From: Pseudomonas aeruginosa PAO1
GTDB lineage: Bacteria > Pseudomonadota > Gammaproteobacteria > Pseudomonadales > Pseudomonadaceae
Reading direction: 5' to 3' (one strand)
Assembly (NCBI RefSeq): GCF_000006765.1
Contig: NC_002516.2
Length of the DNA stretch: 64,000 nucleotides
Of the stretch, positions 32,936 through 41,561 are shown in pieces. Position 1 is the first letter of the stretch; every line of letters starts with the position of its first letter. The notes under the pieces are model-generated. The model had not been told where the DNA came from. It saw only the letters and a program-made list of their open reading frames with translations, and searched no databases. The position numbers and the translations under genes are program-made.

Positions 32936-33802
32936 ATGACGGATTCCACCCGCGACGTCCCGGTGTTCAAGCTCTACGGCGCGCCCCTCGAATGGCCGAC
33001 CCCGGACCTGCTGCACTGCGAGTCGATCCCCGCCCGCAGTCGCCTGCACGATTGGGAGATCAAGCCGCACCGGCACGCCGATCTCGCTCAGTTGCTCTAC
33101 GTGCGCAAGGGCTGGGCGCAGCTCCAGGTCGAGGGCGAGCCGACTCGCGTCGAGCAGCCCTCCATCCAGTTCGTACCGCCGTTGTGCATCCATGGCTTCC
33201 AGTTCTCCGAGCGCATCGACGGCTACGTACTGACGCTCGCCGCACCGTTGCTGGCCCGCTTGCAGGCGCACCTCGGCGCGCAGCGCCAGGCGCTGGAGGC
33301 GCCGGGGTTGTACCCGGTGGGCGCGGACCGGCGCTATATCGACACGCTGTTCGACGCCATAGACGGCGAGTACGCCGGCGCTGCGCCGGCGCGCGAGCTG
33401 TTGTTGCAGTCGCTGATCGGCGTGCTGGCGGTGTGGCTGGGGCGGCAGGTGATGGTCCGGCGGGCGGAGGCCCGGCCGGGTCGCGGTCAGGAATACCTAT
33501 CGGCCTTTTCGCAACTGGTCGAGCGGCATTTCCGCGAGCACCTGGGAATCGACGAGTACGCGCGTCGCCTGGGCATCTCCCCGGCACACCTGAACGGCGT
33601 GGCGCGCCGCCTCAGCGGGCAGACCGCACTGGGCATCGTGCACCAGCGCCTGCTGCTGGAGGCCAAGCGCGACCTGGTCTACACGGCGATGACGGTGAAC
33701 GAGATCGCCGACCGCCTCGGCTTCAGCGAGCCGGCCTACTTCACCCGTTTCTTCAAGCGCCTGAGCGGCGTCTCGCCGAGCGTTTTCCGTAAGGGCGACT
33801 AG
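32936..33802 (+). CDS. pobR: AraC-family regulator of pobA
   Basis: VPVFKLYG, cupin PHRH, C-terminal double HTH; divergent from pobA. Confidence 0.88.
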   Translation: MTDSTRDVPVFKLYGAPLEWPTPDLLHCESIPARSRLHDWEIKPHRHADLAQLLYVRKGWAQLQVEGEPTRVEQPSIQFVPPLCIHGFQFSERIDGYVLTLAAPLLARLQAHLGAQRQALEAPGLYPVGADRRYIDTLFDAIDGEYAGAAPARELLLQSLIGVLAVWLGRQVMVRRAEARPGRGQEYLSAFSQLVERHFREHLGIDEYARRLGISPAHLNGVARRLSGQTALGIVHQRLLLEAKRDLVYTAMTVNEIADRLGFSEPAYFTRFFKRLSGVSPSVFRKGD

Positions 33803-34245
33803 TGTTCGCGGCGCAACTGGACGATCTCCAGCGCGCGCCCCTCGTCGTCGCGCGGGCGTCGGCCGCTCTCGACGAAGCCGCAGCGCGCGTAGAACCCCAG
33901 CGCCTCGCGGTTGGCGGCGTAGACCTCGACCTCCAGCGCGCCCTTCAGGGTTGCCGCGTGCTCCACCAGTTGCCGGCCGATCCCGCGCCCGTGGGCCGTC
34001 GGGGCGACGAACAGGCCGCCGATGAAGGCATCGAGCAGGCCGATGAAGCCCAGCGGCGTATCGCCGTCCAGCGCCAGCCAGGTTTCCGAGGCATCCAGAT
34101 AATGATCGCGAACCAGTGCCTTCTGCTTCTGCAACTCGGCTTCGCCGAGGAAACCGTGGCCGACGCGCGAGGCCTCCAGCCAGATGGCGAGGGTGGCATC
34201 GCGGTCGGCGGGAATGTAGCGGCGGATCTTCGGCGGAGAGGACAT
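33799..34245 (-). CDS. GNAT acetyltransferase (PA0249-like)
   Basis: LFVAPTAHGRGIG acetyl-CoA motif, N..ALGFY. Confidence 0.85.
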   Translation of the reverse strand: MSSPPKIRRYIPADRDATLAIWLEASRVGHGFLGEAELQKQKALVRDHYLDASETWLALDGDTPLGFIGLLDAFIGGLFVAPTAHGRGIGRQLVEHAATLKGALEVEVYAANREALGFYARCGFVESGRRPRDDEGRALEIVQLRREH

Positions 34246-34322
34246 GGCGGCGGCTCGCAACGGCAACAGCCGCGGATTATCGCGTGAGCCGGCGGGAAAA
34301 GGGCAGGGCCGGCACGCCCGCT

Positions 34323-34757
34323 TCAGTCGCCGCGGATGTACTGTTCCAGTTGCTGGATCAGCTCGGCCTGCTCGGCGATCGCCGCCTTGACCAGGTCGCC
34401 GATGGACAGCAGGCCGAGCAACTGGCCGTCTTCCACGACCGGCAGGTGGCGCAGGTGGCGATCGGTCATCAGGTTCATGCAGGTGTCGACGCTCTGCTTC
34501 GAGTCCACGCTGACCACCGGCGCGCTCATGATCGCGCTGATCGGCGTACCGATGGACGAACGGCCCTTGAGGACCATCTTGCGCGCATAGTCGCGCTCGC
34601 TGACCACCCCGACCACCTCGCCATGGTTCACCACCAGCAGCGCGCCGATGTTCTTTTCCGCCATCAGGCGCAGGGCGTCGAGCACCATCTCGTCCGCTCC
34701 GATGGTGTACACCTGCTGGTTCTGCTTGGCGTTCAACAGTTGTGCCACGGTTTTCAT
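34323..34757 (-). CDS. Stand-alone CBS-pair protein (PA0250-like)
   Basis: IGALLV, SERDY, RHLPV, SIGDLVK. Confidence 0.9.
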   Translation of the reverse strand: MKTVAQLLNAKQNQQVYTIGADEMVLDALRLMAEKNIGALLVVNHGEVVGVVSERDYARKMVLKGRSSIGTPISAIMSAPVVSVDSKQSVDTCMNLMTDRHLRHLPVVEDGQLLGLLSIGDLVKAAIAEQAELIQQLEQYIRGD

Positions 34758-34911
34758 ACGCGCCCCTCCGGAGCCGTTCTCACGTCCAGCAAGAATCGTA
34801 GACGGCGAGCGGATCGGCAAGCGGGGAAAACGGCATCGAACCGATTGAAAAACGTCATCATCGCTTTCCCGACGAAGGTAGGGCCCGCGCTATTAGTCTT
34901 TCCCTGCGGGG

Positions 34912-35553
34912 CTAGTGCAGCACCCGTGCGAGCCCTTCCGGCGACTGGCCGGTGACGTAGCAATAGCGGTGCCGGTCGAGGCTGAGCGGGTGGCCGGCGT
35001 CGGTCAGCAGCCTGGCGATGCCCTCGAGGTGTTCCTTGACGTTCACCTGGTATTCCTGCTCGGTCAACGGCACGACCCACAGCAGGTCGACCGGATGCGC
35101 CGACAGGGCGAAGCCGTCGAACAGGGAGGCATCCTCCTCCAGCGGCGCCGGGAGGAGAAGGAAGTGCCGCAGCAGGCTCTGCTCGTAGAGCGGGAAGCCG
35201 AACGCCACCGCATGTCCATGTCCCAGGGCGAGGCGCTCGTGGAATGGCAGGCCGGCGAGCCATTGCAGGTGGCGCAGGTCATCGCCGCCCAGTTCGTCGA
35301 GATAGCAGATCAGCTCGGCGGACCAGCGCGCCTTGCCCATGTAGGGCGCGAAATGCATCGGTGCCTGGCTCATCCCGGCGGTGATCACCACATGGTGCGG
35401 CCGCCGGGTGCTTTCCAGGCGATAAGCGAAGACCGCCATTTCCGGCGCCGCTACGCAGTGTCTCCAGAAGTCCCGGCAATCCAGGGTCATGGCGGGCGCA
35501 CAACCGAAATGGGCGTCGTATTTCTCGCGCAGCCGGGCGATGTAGTCGTTCAT
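34912..35553 (-). CDS. Suppressor-of-fused (SUFU)-like protein (PA0251-like)
   Basis: AGAGGA RBS; ITAGMS, ELIC, GHGHAV, LLWVVPLTEQEY SUFU-like motifs. Confidence 0.7.
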   Translation of the reverse strand: MNDYIARLREKYDAHFGCAPAMTLDCRDFWRHCVAAPEMAVFAYRLESTRRPHHVVITAGMSQAPMHFAPYMGKARWSAELICYLDELGGDDLRHLQWLAGLPFHERLALGHGHAVAFGFPLYEQSLLRHFLLLPAPLEEDASLFDGFALSAHPVDLLWVVPLTEQEYQVNVKEHLEGIARLLTDAGHPLSLDRHRYCYVTGQSPEGLARVLH

Positions 35554-35782
35554 CTTCGGTCCTCTGGACTTAGCGGGTGGGGCCGGACATGGGGCGCCGG
35601 GGGCGCGGCCGTTTCCATGCGAGGGCAGACCAGTGATGGCTGATCCTGGTTGCCGTTGGGTGACCAATGGAATGCGAACGGCGACTGCCGAGAAATCGGC
35701 TCGTTCCGAGAGAGGCGAGAGGCTTTCCTTCTTGGTGCGTAGGAAAGCGCTGAGGGCAGCTGAGGGTATCTGTCGGGAACGG

Positions 35783-35805
35783 AAAAAAGCCCGTCGGGAA
35801 CGGGC
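35783..35805 (-). terminator. Probable terminator
   Basis: A6 + GCCCGT/ACGGGC stem just past the small lipoprotein gene. Confidence 0.5.
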
Positions 35806-35817
35806 GAAGAGGGAAGC

Positions 35818-36072
35818 TTACCAGGGCAGCGGGAAGTGGCCTTCCGCGCGCAGGTAGTCAGGATCGGGGGTGAACGGGTCGATCTTCTGCCGCTCGCTGC
35901 AACCCTGGCGTTCGCAGTCCCGCAGGCGCTGCAACGGCGAGCGGTCGTCGCGCTGGATGCGGATGCCTGTGACAGGCGCGCCTTCGGAAAGGCTGTAGCT
36001 GCGGCCGCTCTCGCAACCGGGCAGAGTCAGGCAAAGGCAGAGGAGCAGGGTGGTGTGCGGGTGTCGTGGCAT
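35818..36072 (-). CDS. Small putative lipoprotein, 84 aa (PA0252-like)
   Basis: MPRHPHTTLLLCLCLTLPG-C signal ending in a lipobox-like Cys. Confidence 0.55.
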   Translation of the reverse strand: MPRHPHTTLLLCLCLTLPGCESGRSYSLSEGAPVTGIRIQRDDRSPLQRLRDCERQGCSERQKIDPFTPDPDYLRAEGHFPLPW

Positions 36073-36196
36073 TGCAGGTCGAATGGGCTTGCGAAGGCCG
36101 CCCATGCTATCAATCGGCCAGCAAATAGGGGGCCGGATGGACAGTCCATGACCGGGATGAGAGTTGCTTCGCAAACCCGGAGATGCCCTCGAAAGG

Positions 36197-36661
36197 CTAT
36201 TGCCTCACGCGGGAAAGCCCGTCGAAGGCCCGCAGCAACTTGCCCAGGACGAGGGTCAGCGCCTCTTCTTCCGGGCCGGAGCCGAGACCCGCCAGCAGCC
36301 TTTCGTCGAGCCCTGCGACCTGTGCCAGGGCCTGCTCGAACACCGCCTGTGCCGCGGGGCTGCGGCGCACCAGCACGGCGCGCCCGTCGTCCGGATCCGG
36401 CAGGCGGCTGACCCAGCCGCGCCGCACCAGCCGTTCGATGGTCCGGCCCAGCGCAGTGCGGTCGGTCTGTGAGTGCTCGATGAGCACGCTCATCGGCACG
36501 TCACCGTCGAAGGCGTGGATGATCCGCAACGCACGCCATTCATGCAGCCCCAGTTCGAGAGGGGCAAGCAGGGCGGTGAGTTGCCGTTCGCGCTGGCGGA
36601 CGATCTCCGTCATCAGGTACAGCGGGCCTTGGGGCAGCCCCAGTGCGTTCGTCTCGGTCAT
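36197..36661 (-). CDS. hudR: MarR-family regulator
   Basis: EWRALR, LVRRGWVSR..DPDDGRAV MarR motifs; adjacent to hudA. Confidence 0.82.
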   Translation of the reverse strand: MTETNALGLPQGPLYLMTEIVRQRERQLTALLAPLELGLHEWRALRIIHAFDGDVPMSVLIEHSQTDRTALGRTIERLVRRGWVSRLPDPDDGRAVLVRRSPAAQAVFEQALAQVAGLDERLLAGLGSGPEEEALTLVLGKLLRAFDGLSRVRQ

Positions 36662-36713
36662 TGGCCCGGTCACCTTCCTCGATCCTCTTTCGCCAGGGCG
36701 GGGATTGTAGCGC

Positions 36714-38204
36714 TCAGGCGTCGCCGAATCCGTAGTCGCTCCAGCGTTCTTCGACTCGCCTGCGCAGCGCCGTCGGATAGGCGTGGCGGAACGACGCCGT
36801 AGCGGCACGCATTTGCCCGGCGAACTGTTCCGGGTACAGGCAGTTGATCACCAGCCGACCGCCGCTGCCTCGTGCCTTGTCCTCGGCATCGAGGTAGGGA
36901 ACCATCGGGAAGTCACGGATCTGCGGGAAGGCGAAATGGTCGTGCAGCGGATGCGCGCGGGTCGCCAGCGCCCATACCACCTGGTCGATCTCGGTGACGT
37001 CGATGTCGTTGCCGACCAGGATCAGCTTCGGCACCAGGTGTCCGGCATGCGAGCCGAAGACGGTCTCGGCGACCCGTGCGGCGAAGGCCGCGGCGTCGGT
37101 GCCCAGGGCCGCCAGGCGTTGCACGTCGATCGACAGCACGGCCCAGCAGGTCGCCGCCTCGTAGGAGCACCAGACCATGTCCACCGGCAGTCCGGCGTTC
37201 TGCGCCACGTCCAGCAGTTGCGCGGAAATCATGGTGCCCCAGATGGTGTGGTTTTCCTCCGGTGGCGTGCCGGCGACGCAGATCGGCAGGATCGGCTGGT
37301 CGCGGAAGCTCAGCGCATGGACGTGGAACAGCGGCTGCGGCTTGCCGATGGGGAAGGAATAGCCGTGGTATTCGCCCATCGGGCCTTCCAGCGCGGTTTC
37401 GTCGAGGCTGATCTCGCCCTCCAGGACGATCTCGGTATTGGCCGGAACCCACAGGCCGTTGGTCTGCGTGCGCACCACCTCCACCGGCTCGCCGACCAGG
37501 GCGCCTACGTAGCCGGCTTCGCTGACCCCCTCCGGCAACGGCATGCCGGCCGCCGCGAGTGCCGCCGGCGGTGCGCCGAGGGCCATCGCCCAGGGCGTCG
37601 GCTTGCCCAGGCGGCGCCATTGCTCGCGGATGATGCCGATGTGCTGGGTGGGAATGGTCGGACCCGCCAGGGTGTTGCGGTCCACCAGCATCAGCCGGCC
37701 CACCGACCAACTGTCCCAACTGCCGTCCGGCGTCTGTACCACGTGGAAACCGTAGGTGCCGAAATAGCGCCCGCCGTCCTGCTCATGGAGCAAGGGAACC
37801 GGGAAGCGGGTCAGGTCCACCTGCTCGCCGAGCCAGACGTTTTCCTGCACCGGCCCGCGCTCCAGCCGGCGCGGCGCGATCGGTTCCGCGCGCATCGCGG
37901 CGCGCAGCATGGCCACGATGTCCCGCGGCCCGCTGTGTTCCGGCAGGCCGAAATGCAGCGCCAGGCGCGAATGGGCGCGGGCCCTGTCGGCGCGCAGGCC
38001 GGCCGGCGCGCCCAGTACCCGCGCGCCGGGCAGGCTGTCGCGGATGTTGTGGAACAGCGGGGCGGGTGCGCGGCGTTCGTAGACCCGGCGGGTGATGGCG
38101 CCGATCTCCAGGTTGGCGTCGACCTCGGTGTGCACGTCCACCAGGTCACCCTGGCGACGCAGGTGGTCGACGAAGTGGCGGAAATCCAGGGCGCTGCGGT
38201 TCAT
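36714..38204 (-). CDS. hudA: UbiD-family prFMN-dependent decarboxylase (pyrrole-2-carboxylate decarboxylase HudA/PA0254)
   Basis: DLTRFPVP, DGGRY, WSVGR, EGPMGEYHGY UbiD motifs; Fdc1-like branch. Confidence 0.88.
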   Translation of the reverse strand: MNRSALDFRHFVDHLRRQGDLVDVHTEVDANLEIGAITRRVYERRAPAPLFHNIRDSLPGARVLGAPAGLRADRARAHSRLALHFGLPEHSGPRDIVAMLRAAMRAEPIAPRRLERGPVQENVWLGEQVDLTRFPVPLLHEQDGGRYFGTYGFHVVQTPDGSWDSWSVGRLMLVDRNTLAGPTIPTQHIGIIREQWRRLGKPTPWAMALGAPPAALAAAGMPLPEGVSEAGYVGALVGEPVEVVRTQTNGLWVPANTEIVLEGEISLDETALEGPMGEYHGYSFPIGKPQPLFHVHALSFRDQPILPICVAGTPPEENHTIWGTMISAQLLDVAQNAGLPVDMVWCSYEAATCWAVLSIDVQRLAALGTDAAAFAARVAETVFGSHAGHLVPKLILVGNDIDVTEIDQVVWALATRAHPLHDHFAFPQIRDFPMVPYLDAEDKARGSGGRLVINCLYPEQFAGQMRAATASFRHAYPTALRRRVEERWSDYGFGDA

Positions 38205-38337
38205 CGGCTCGCCACTCCATATAGGTGCGTGTGCACGCATCCTATTGAGGGGTTCCAGGCGAGGTCAAGAAGTGCTGCGCTCCGTTCCGGGGATTCGTCG
38301 GGCCGTCGTGGCACGCGGCAAACCCCGCAGTGGCCGC

Positions 38338-39024
38338 TCAACGCACCATATAGTCCATCTGCCATGGCCGCGGAATCACCAGTGCCAGCAACGCGAGAAG
38401 AGCCGCCAGCGCTGCGCTCGCCGCCATCGCCGCGAGGCCCAGTTGCTGTTCCAGTAGGGCGCCGAGCACCGCGCCGACGCACATGCCGCTCCAGGGCACC
38501 AGTTGCACCCGCCAGCCGTTGCGCCGCTCGCCCAGCAGCCAGCGGCCGAGGCCGCGGCCGAAGCGGGAGAGGGCGCCGGTGACGTAGGTCAGGCCGATGG
38601 GCAGGCCGTTGACCTGCTCGACCACGGCGTTGAGCATGCCCATGGCGAGGATCGCGGCGACCAGCGCCGGCACGTTCCAGTCGAATGGCCAGACCGCCGA
38701 CAACGCCAGCAGCATCGCGCAGCAGACCAGGATCGGCGCCGCCCGGCGCCCGCTGAAGCGCGCCAGTATCACTCCCAGCGCGTTGCCGACGACGAAACTG
38801 GCCAGGGCGACGCTCAGCCGCACCAGCCCGCCGAAGTCGCCCTCGCCCAGCGATACCGCCAGGCGCGTGGTGTTGCCGCTCATGAAGGAAACGAAGTCGC
38901 CGGTGGCGAGGAAACCGATGGCGTCGGTCATGCCTGCCAGTACCGACAGCCCGGCCACCAGGCCGAGCCCGACACGCCCGCGCGTCCGCCGCAAACGAAG
39001 GCGCCGCGCGCTGCTACCCACCAT
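38338..39024 (-). CDS. YoaK/DUF1275 membrane protein (PA0255-like)
   Basis: LAGMTDAIGF, SFMSGNTT, AMGMLN, TYVTG. Confidence 0.85.
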   Translation of the reverse strand: MVGSSARRLRLRRTRGRVGLGLVAGLSVLAGMTDAIGFLATGDFVSFMSGNTTRLAVSLGEGDFGGLVRLSVALASFVVGNALGVILARFSGRRAAPILVCCAMLLALSAVWPFDWNVPALVAAILAMGMLNAVVEQVNGLPIGLTYVTGALSRFGRGLGRWLLGERRNGWRVQLVPWSGMCVGAVLGALLEQQLGLAAMAASAALAALLALLALVIPRPWQMDYMVR

Positions 39025-39187
39025 GCTGTCTGGAAGCATCCGGAGAAACCACCCGCAGGAAGAGAAGGTCCGCCCCAGTGCGGACTCCCGATCTTAAGGC
39101 TCTCCCCAGGGAAAAGGCCAGGGGCGAGGCGGAGCGTCTGGGGCCGAAGATCCTGGGCAATCGGCAATGACAGTGCGGGGCGGGGCC

Positions 39188-40120
39188 TCAGATATCGAAT
39201 ACCGGTACCTGGTTTCCACCCAGTACCTCGATCTTGTCGGTCCGGTAGACCACCATCGCCTTGCTGCAGGTCACCGTGGAACGACCCTCTTTGCTGGCAT
39301 TGAGATACACCGTGCCCTTGCCGGCGTAGACCGCTCTCGCGTTGGCGGCGATGCGCAGCTCGAGGGCCGCCGCTTCTCCGTCCTCGTCCCCGGCGAAGTC
39401 GCACCCGTAGAGGGCGATGGCCAGTTCCTTGCCGAACAGTTCGAGAAGGGTCGCACCAAAGGCCTGGGGCTCGACGAACTGCTTGCCCTGGACACGCCGG
39501 GCCATGACGTCCGCGGTGCTATCGCCGTGGGGGTTGCCCAGCCAGAGTTGGCCAGCCGTGCCGTGGGTGGCGATGAGGATCGTATCGATGAAGTATTGTT
39601 CGCCGCTCTCCGCGGCAACCTTGCCTAGATCCCGAACCAACTGGGCGTAGTTGGTATCGGCCTTGATCGCGAAGGCCGGCTTGTAGAGCTTGTTCCGCGC
39701 ATAGGCGACGACCGCCTCCGCGAAGGCGCTGCCGGAGTCGCCTCTCCGGATCTCCTGCTGGAAGTCGTGGTAGATGACCAGGACCGCCCCTTTCCTGACC
39801 GGGCCGCTGAGCCCTCCCTTGACGATGTCGAGGGCGAAACGGAAATTGGCGCTGAGCACCTGGGACGCATGGGTAGGAAAGGTATCCGTATCGGTCAGCA
39901 GTTCTACTTCGGTACCGACCAGCACCTCCTTTCGTTCGTCGCCCTCCGCCCAGGGCGTGTCGTCCACATCCGTTCCGTAGATCCTTGCGTCCAGGTCGAC
40001 CTCGACGAGCGTACTCACTGTGAAGGGCACCAGAAGCTCTTCCGGGCCGAGTCGATTCTTGACCACGGCGCCCTTGCCTTGCTTGGCGATTTTCGTGACT
40101 ACGCCATGCCATGAGCGCAT
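39188..40120 (-). CDS. Hypothetical 310-aa protein with DUF4347/clan CD-like His-Gly...Gly-Cys motifs (PA0256-like)
   Basis: AGGAG RBS; ILIATHGTAGQLWLG (H186) and AIALYGCDFAG (C240). Confidence 0.7.
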   Translation of the reverse strand: MRSWHGVVTKIAKQGKGAVVKNRLGPEELLVPFTVSTLVEVDLDARIYGTDVDDTPWAEGDERKEVLVGTEVELLTDTDTFPTHASQVLSANFRFALDIVKGGLSGPVRKGAVLVIYHDFQQEIRRGDSGSAFAEAVVAYARNKLYKPAFAIKADTNYAQLVRDLGKVAAESGEQYFIDTILIATHGTAGQLWLGNPHGDSTADVMARRVQGKQFVEPQAFGATLLELFGKELAIALYGCDFAGDEDGEAAALELRIAANARAVYAGKGTVYLNASKEGRSTVTCSKAMVVYRTDKIEVLGGNQVPVFDI

Positions 40121-40383
40121 CCTGTTGCTCCTGTGGGAGTCCTGGTAGGAACGGCATCCGAGCATGCAGAACTATAGACGTGAAACGGCCAGCCCCGAGG
40201 AACTATCCGCCGATCGACCCTCCATCTGGCCCCGGCCTTGGGTGCCATTCCCGGCCGGACAGGATCGGTTGCTCTGGTCTCTGCGGCGAGGGACAGGCGC
40301 TGCTCGGCGGAGCGGGTGGCGGTGAGGCAGGTCTTGTCTAGTCCTGAAATAGGTTTACACCTGCTCAGGTAGGCCGATAGGCC

Positions 40384-41175
40384 TCAAAACGCCCGATGCA
40401 CCGCATCGGGCGTTTTGTTTTTCAGGGCCATGTGAGGCCGCTCTGTGTTGTAGATCTGCACGGCTTCAGCAACCATCTTCCTTGCCTGCTCCAGATTTTC
40501 AGGGCTACTCAGCAGCAGCTCTGTTTTGAGGATCCCGTAGATGCGCTCAGCTAGCGCGTTCTGGTAGCAGTCATATCCGTCAGTCATCGAGCACTGGACG
40601 CCATGCCGTGCATGCAGTGACTGATACAGCGCCGAGAAATATTGAATACCGCGATCCGAGTGGTGGACCAGTGACTGGCGACGCTGCCGTTTGCGTAAGG
40701 CCTGCCTAAAGGCTTGTGCAACTGACTTGGCATGCAGGCTTTCATGCACATGGTGGCCAACAATTTTTCTGGAATACGCATCCGTTACCAGGCTTAGGTA
40801 CAGCGGGCCGCTACTGGCTGGCAGGTAAGTAATGTCCGCCGCCCAAACGTGCTCCGGTCCTGACGGGACAACCTGGTTCGGGCCTGACTTGAGTAGGTTC
40901 GGATGGCGGTAGAAGCGGTGAAAGCTTTGTGTTGTCTTGTGATACGCCCGCTTGGGCAACACCAGCAAACGGCGCTCTCCCAGGACCTGAAATAGTCGGT
41001 CTCGGCCAATTTGGAGCCGCCTATCAGGCTGGCAATGCAGCAGATAGTGCAGCTTTCGTGTGCCTAGTCGTGGCTGACGTATCCGGATTTGTTGAACAAA
41101 TTCGACAACCCGATCTGCCTGGCGTGCTTTGCTATCAGCAGCTCGATTGCGCTTGTAGTAAGCCTGTCGGCTCAT
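40384..41175 (-). CDS. IS3-family transposase OrfB (rve integrase core)
   Basis: WAADITY, DAYSRKIVG, HHSDRGIQY, NALAER..GILKTE. Confidence 0.88.
   Translation of the reverse strand: MSRQAYYKRNRAADSKARQADRVVEFVQQIRIRQPRLGTRKLHYLLHCQPDRRLQIGRDRLFQVLGERRLLVLPKRAYHKTTQSFHRFYRHPNLLKSGPNQVVPSGPEHVWAADITYLPASSGPLYLSLVTDAYSRKIVGHHVHESLHAKSVAQAFRQALRKRQRRQSLVHHSDRGIQYFSALYQSLHARHGVQCSMTDGYDCYQNALAERIYGILKTELLLSSPENLEQARKMVAEAVQIYNTERPHMALKNKTPDAVHRAF
40385..40422. terminator. 15-bp perfect hairpin with T-tract inside the 3' end of IS orfB
   Basis: CAAAACGCCCGATGC-ACC-GCATCGGGCGTTTTG followed by TTTTT. Confidence 0.65.
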
Positions 41176-41204
41176 GCCAAGAAACTGACAAGCCCTGGCA
41201 ATGC

Positions 41205-41521
41205 TCAGTCCTGCGACTTGACCTTGCGAGAGGACTTGCCGGATCGCTTTTTTACGACCGATACACCGTAATCATTTTTCAGGACATCGACGACGGTCTC
41301 GAAGAACTGATCCTTCTGGCTCATCAACTCAAGCTGCTGCTCAAGCTCTTTGATCCGCTGCTCTGGAGTGAGCGTTTTGGGGTCAGACATCGCGCAACTC
41401 CTCTCGGCCCGAATCGACGCTCCAATCCTGCCGACCATGCTTGCGCAACCATACCAGAACCGTCGACCGGCCCTGGATGCCATACCGCACCTGGGCCTGC
41501 TTGTAGGTCACCTTTCCTTGT
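41205..41521 (-). pseudogene. IS3 orfA fragment (5'-truncated, frameshifted)
   Basis: VTYKQAQVRYGIQGRSTVLVWLRKHGRQDWS in one frame, GASIRAERSCAMSDPKTLTPEQRIKELE in another. Confidence 0.8.
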
Positions 41522-41561
41522 CATCTGACGAAAACTCCATCTGGCGCGGGACACCATCGAC

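Larger units (their letters stand above)
40335..41521 (-). mobile_element. Decayed IS3-family insertion sequence, one end missing
   Basis: Terminal TGTCTAGTCCTGAAATAGGTTTACAC at 40335; orfB with DDE residues; A6G slippery site; truncated and frameshifted orfA; no matching inverted end seen near 41521. Confidence 0.85.

Noticed and set aside
40220-41544. 11-bp direct repeat CTCCATCTGGC at 40220 and 41534 flanking the IS as a target duplication
   Set aside because: IS3 duplications are 3-4 bp and abut the ends; the left copy is 105 bp from the IR. Probably chance.
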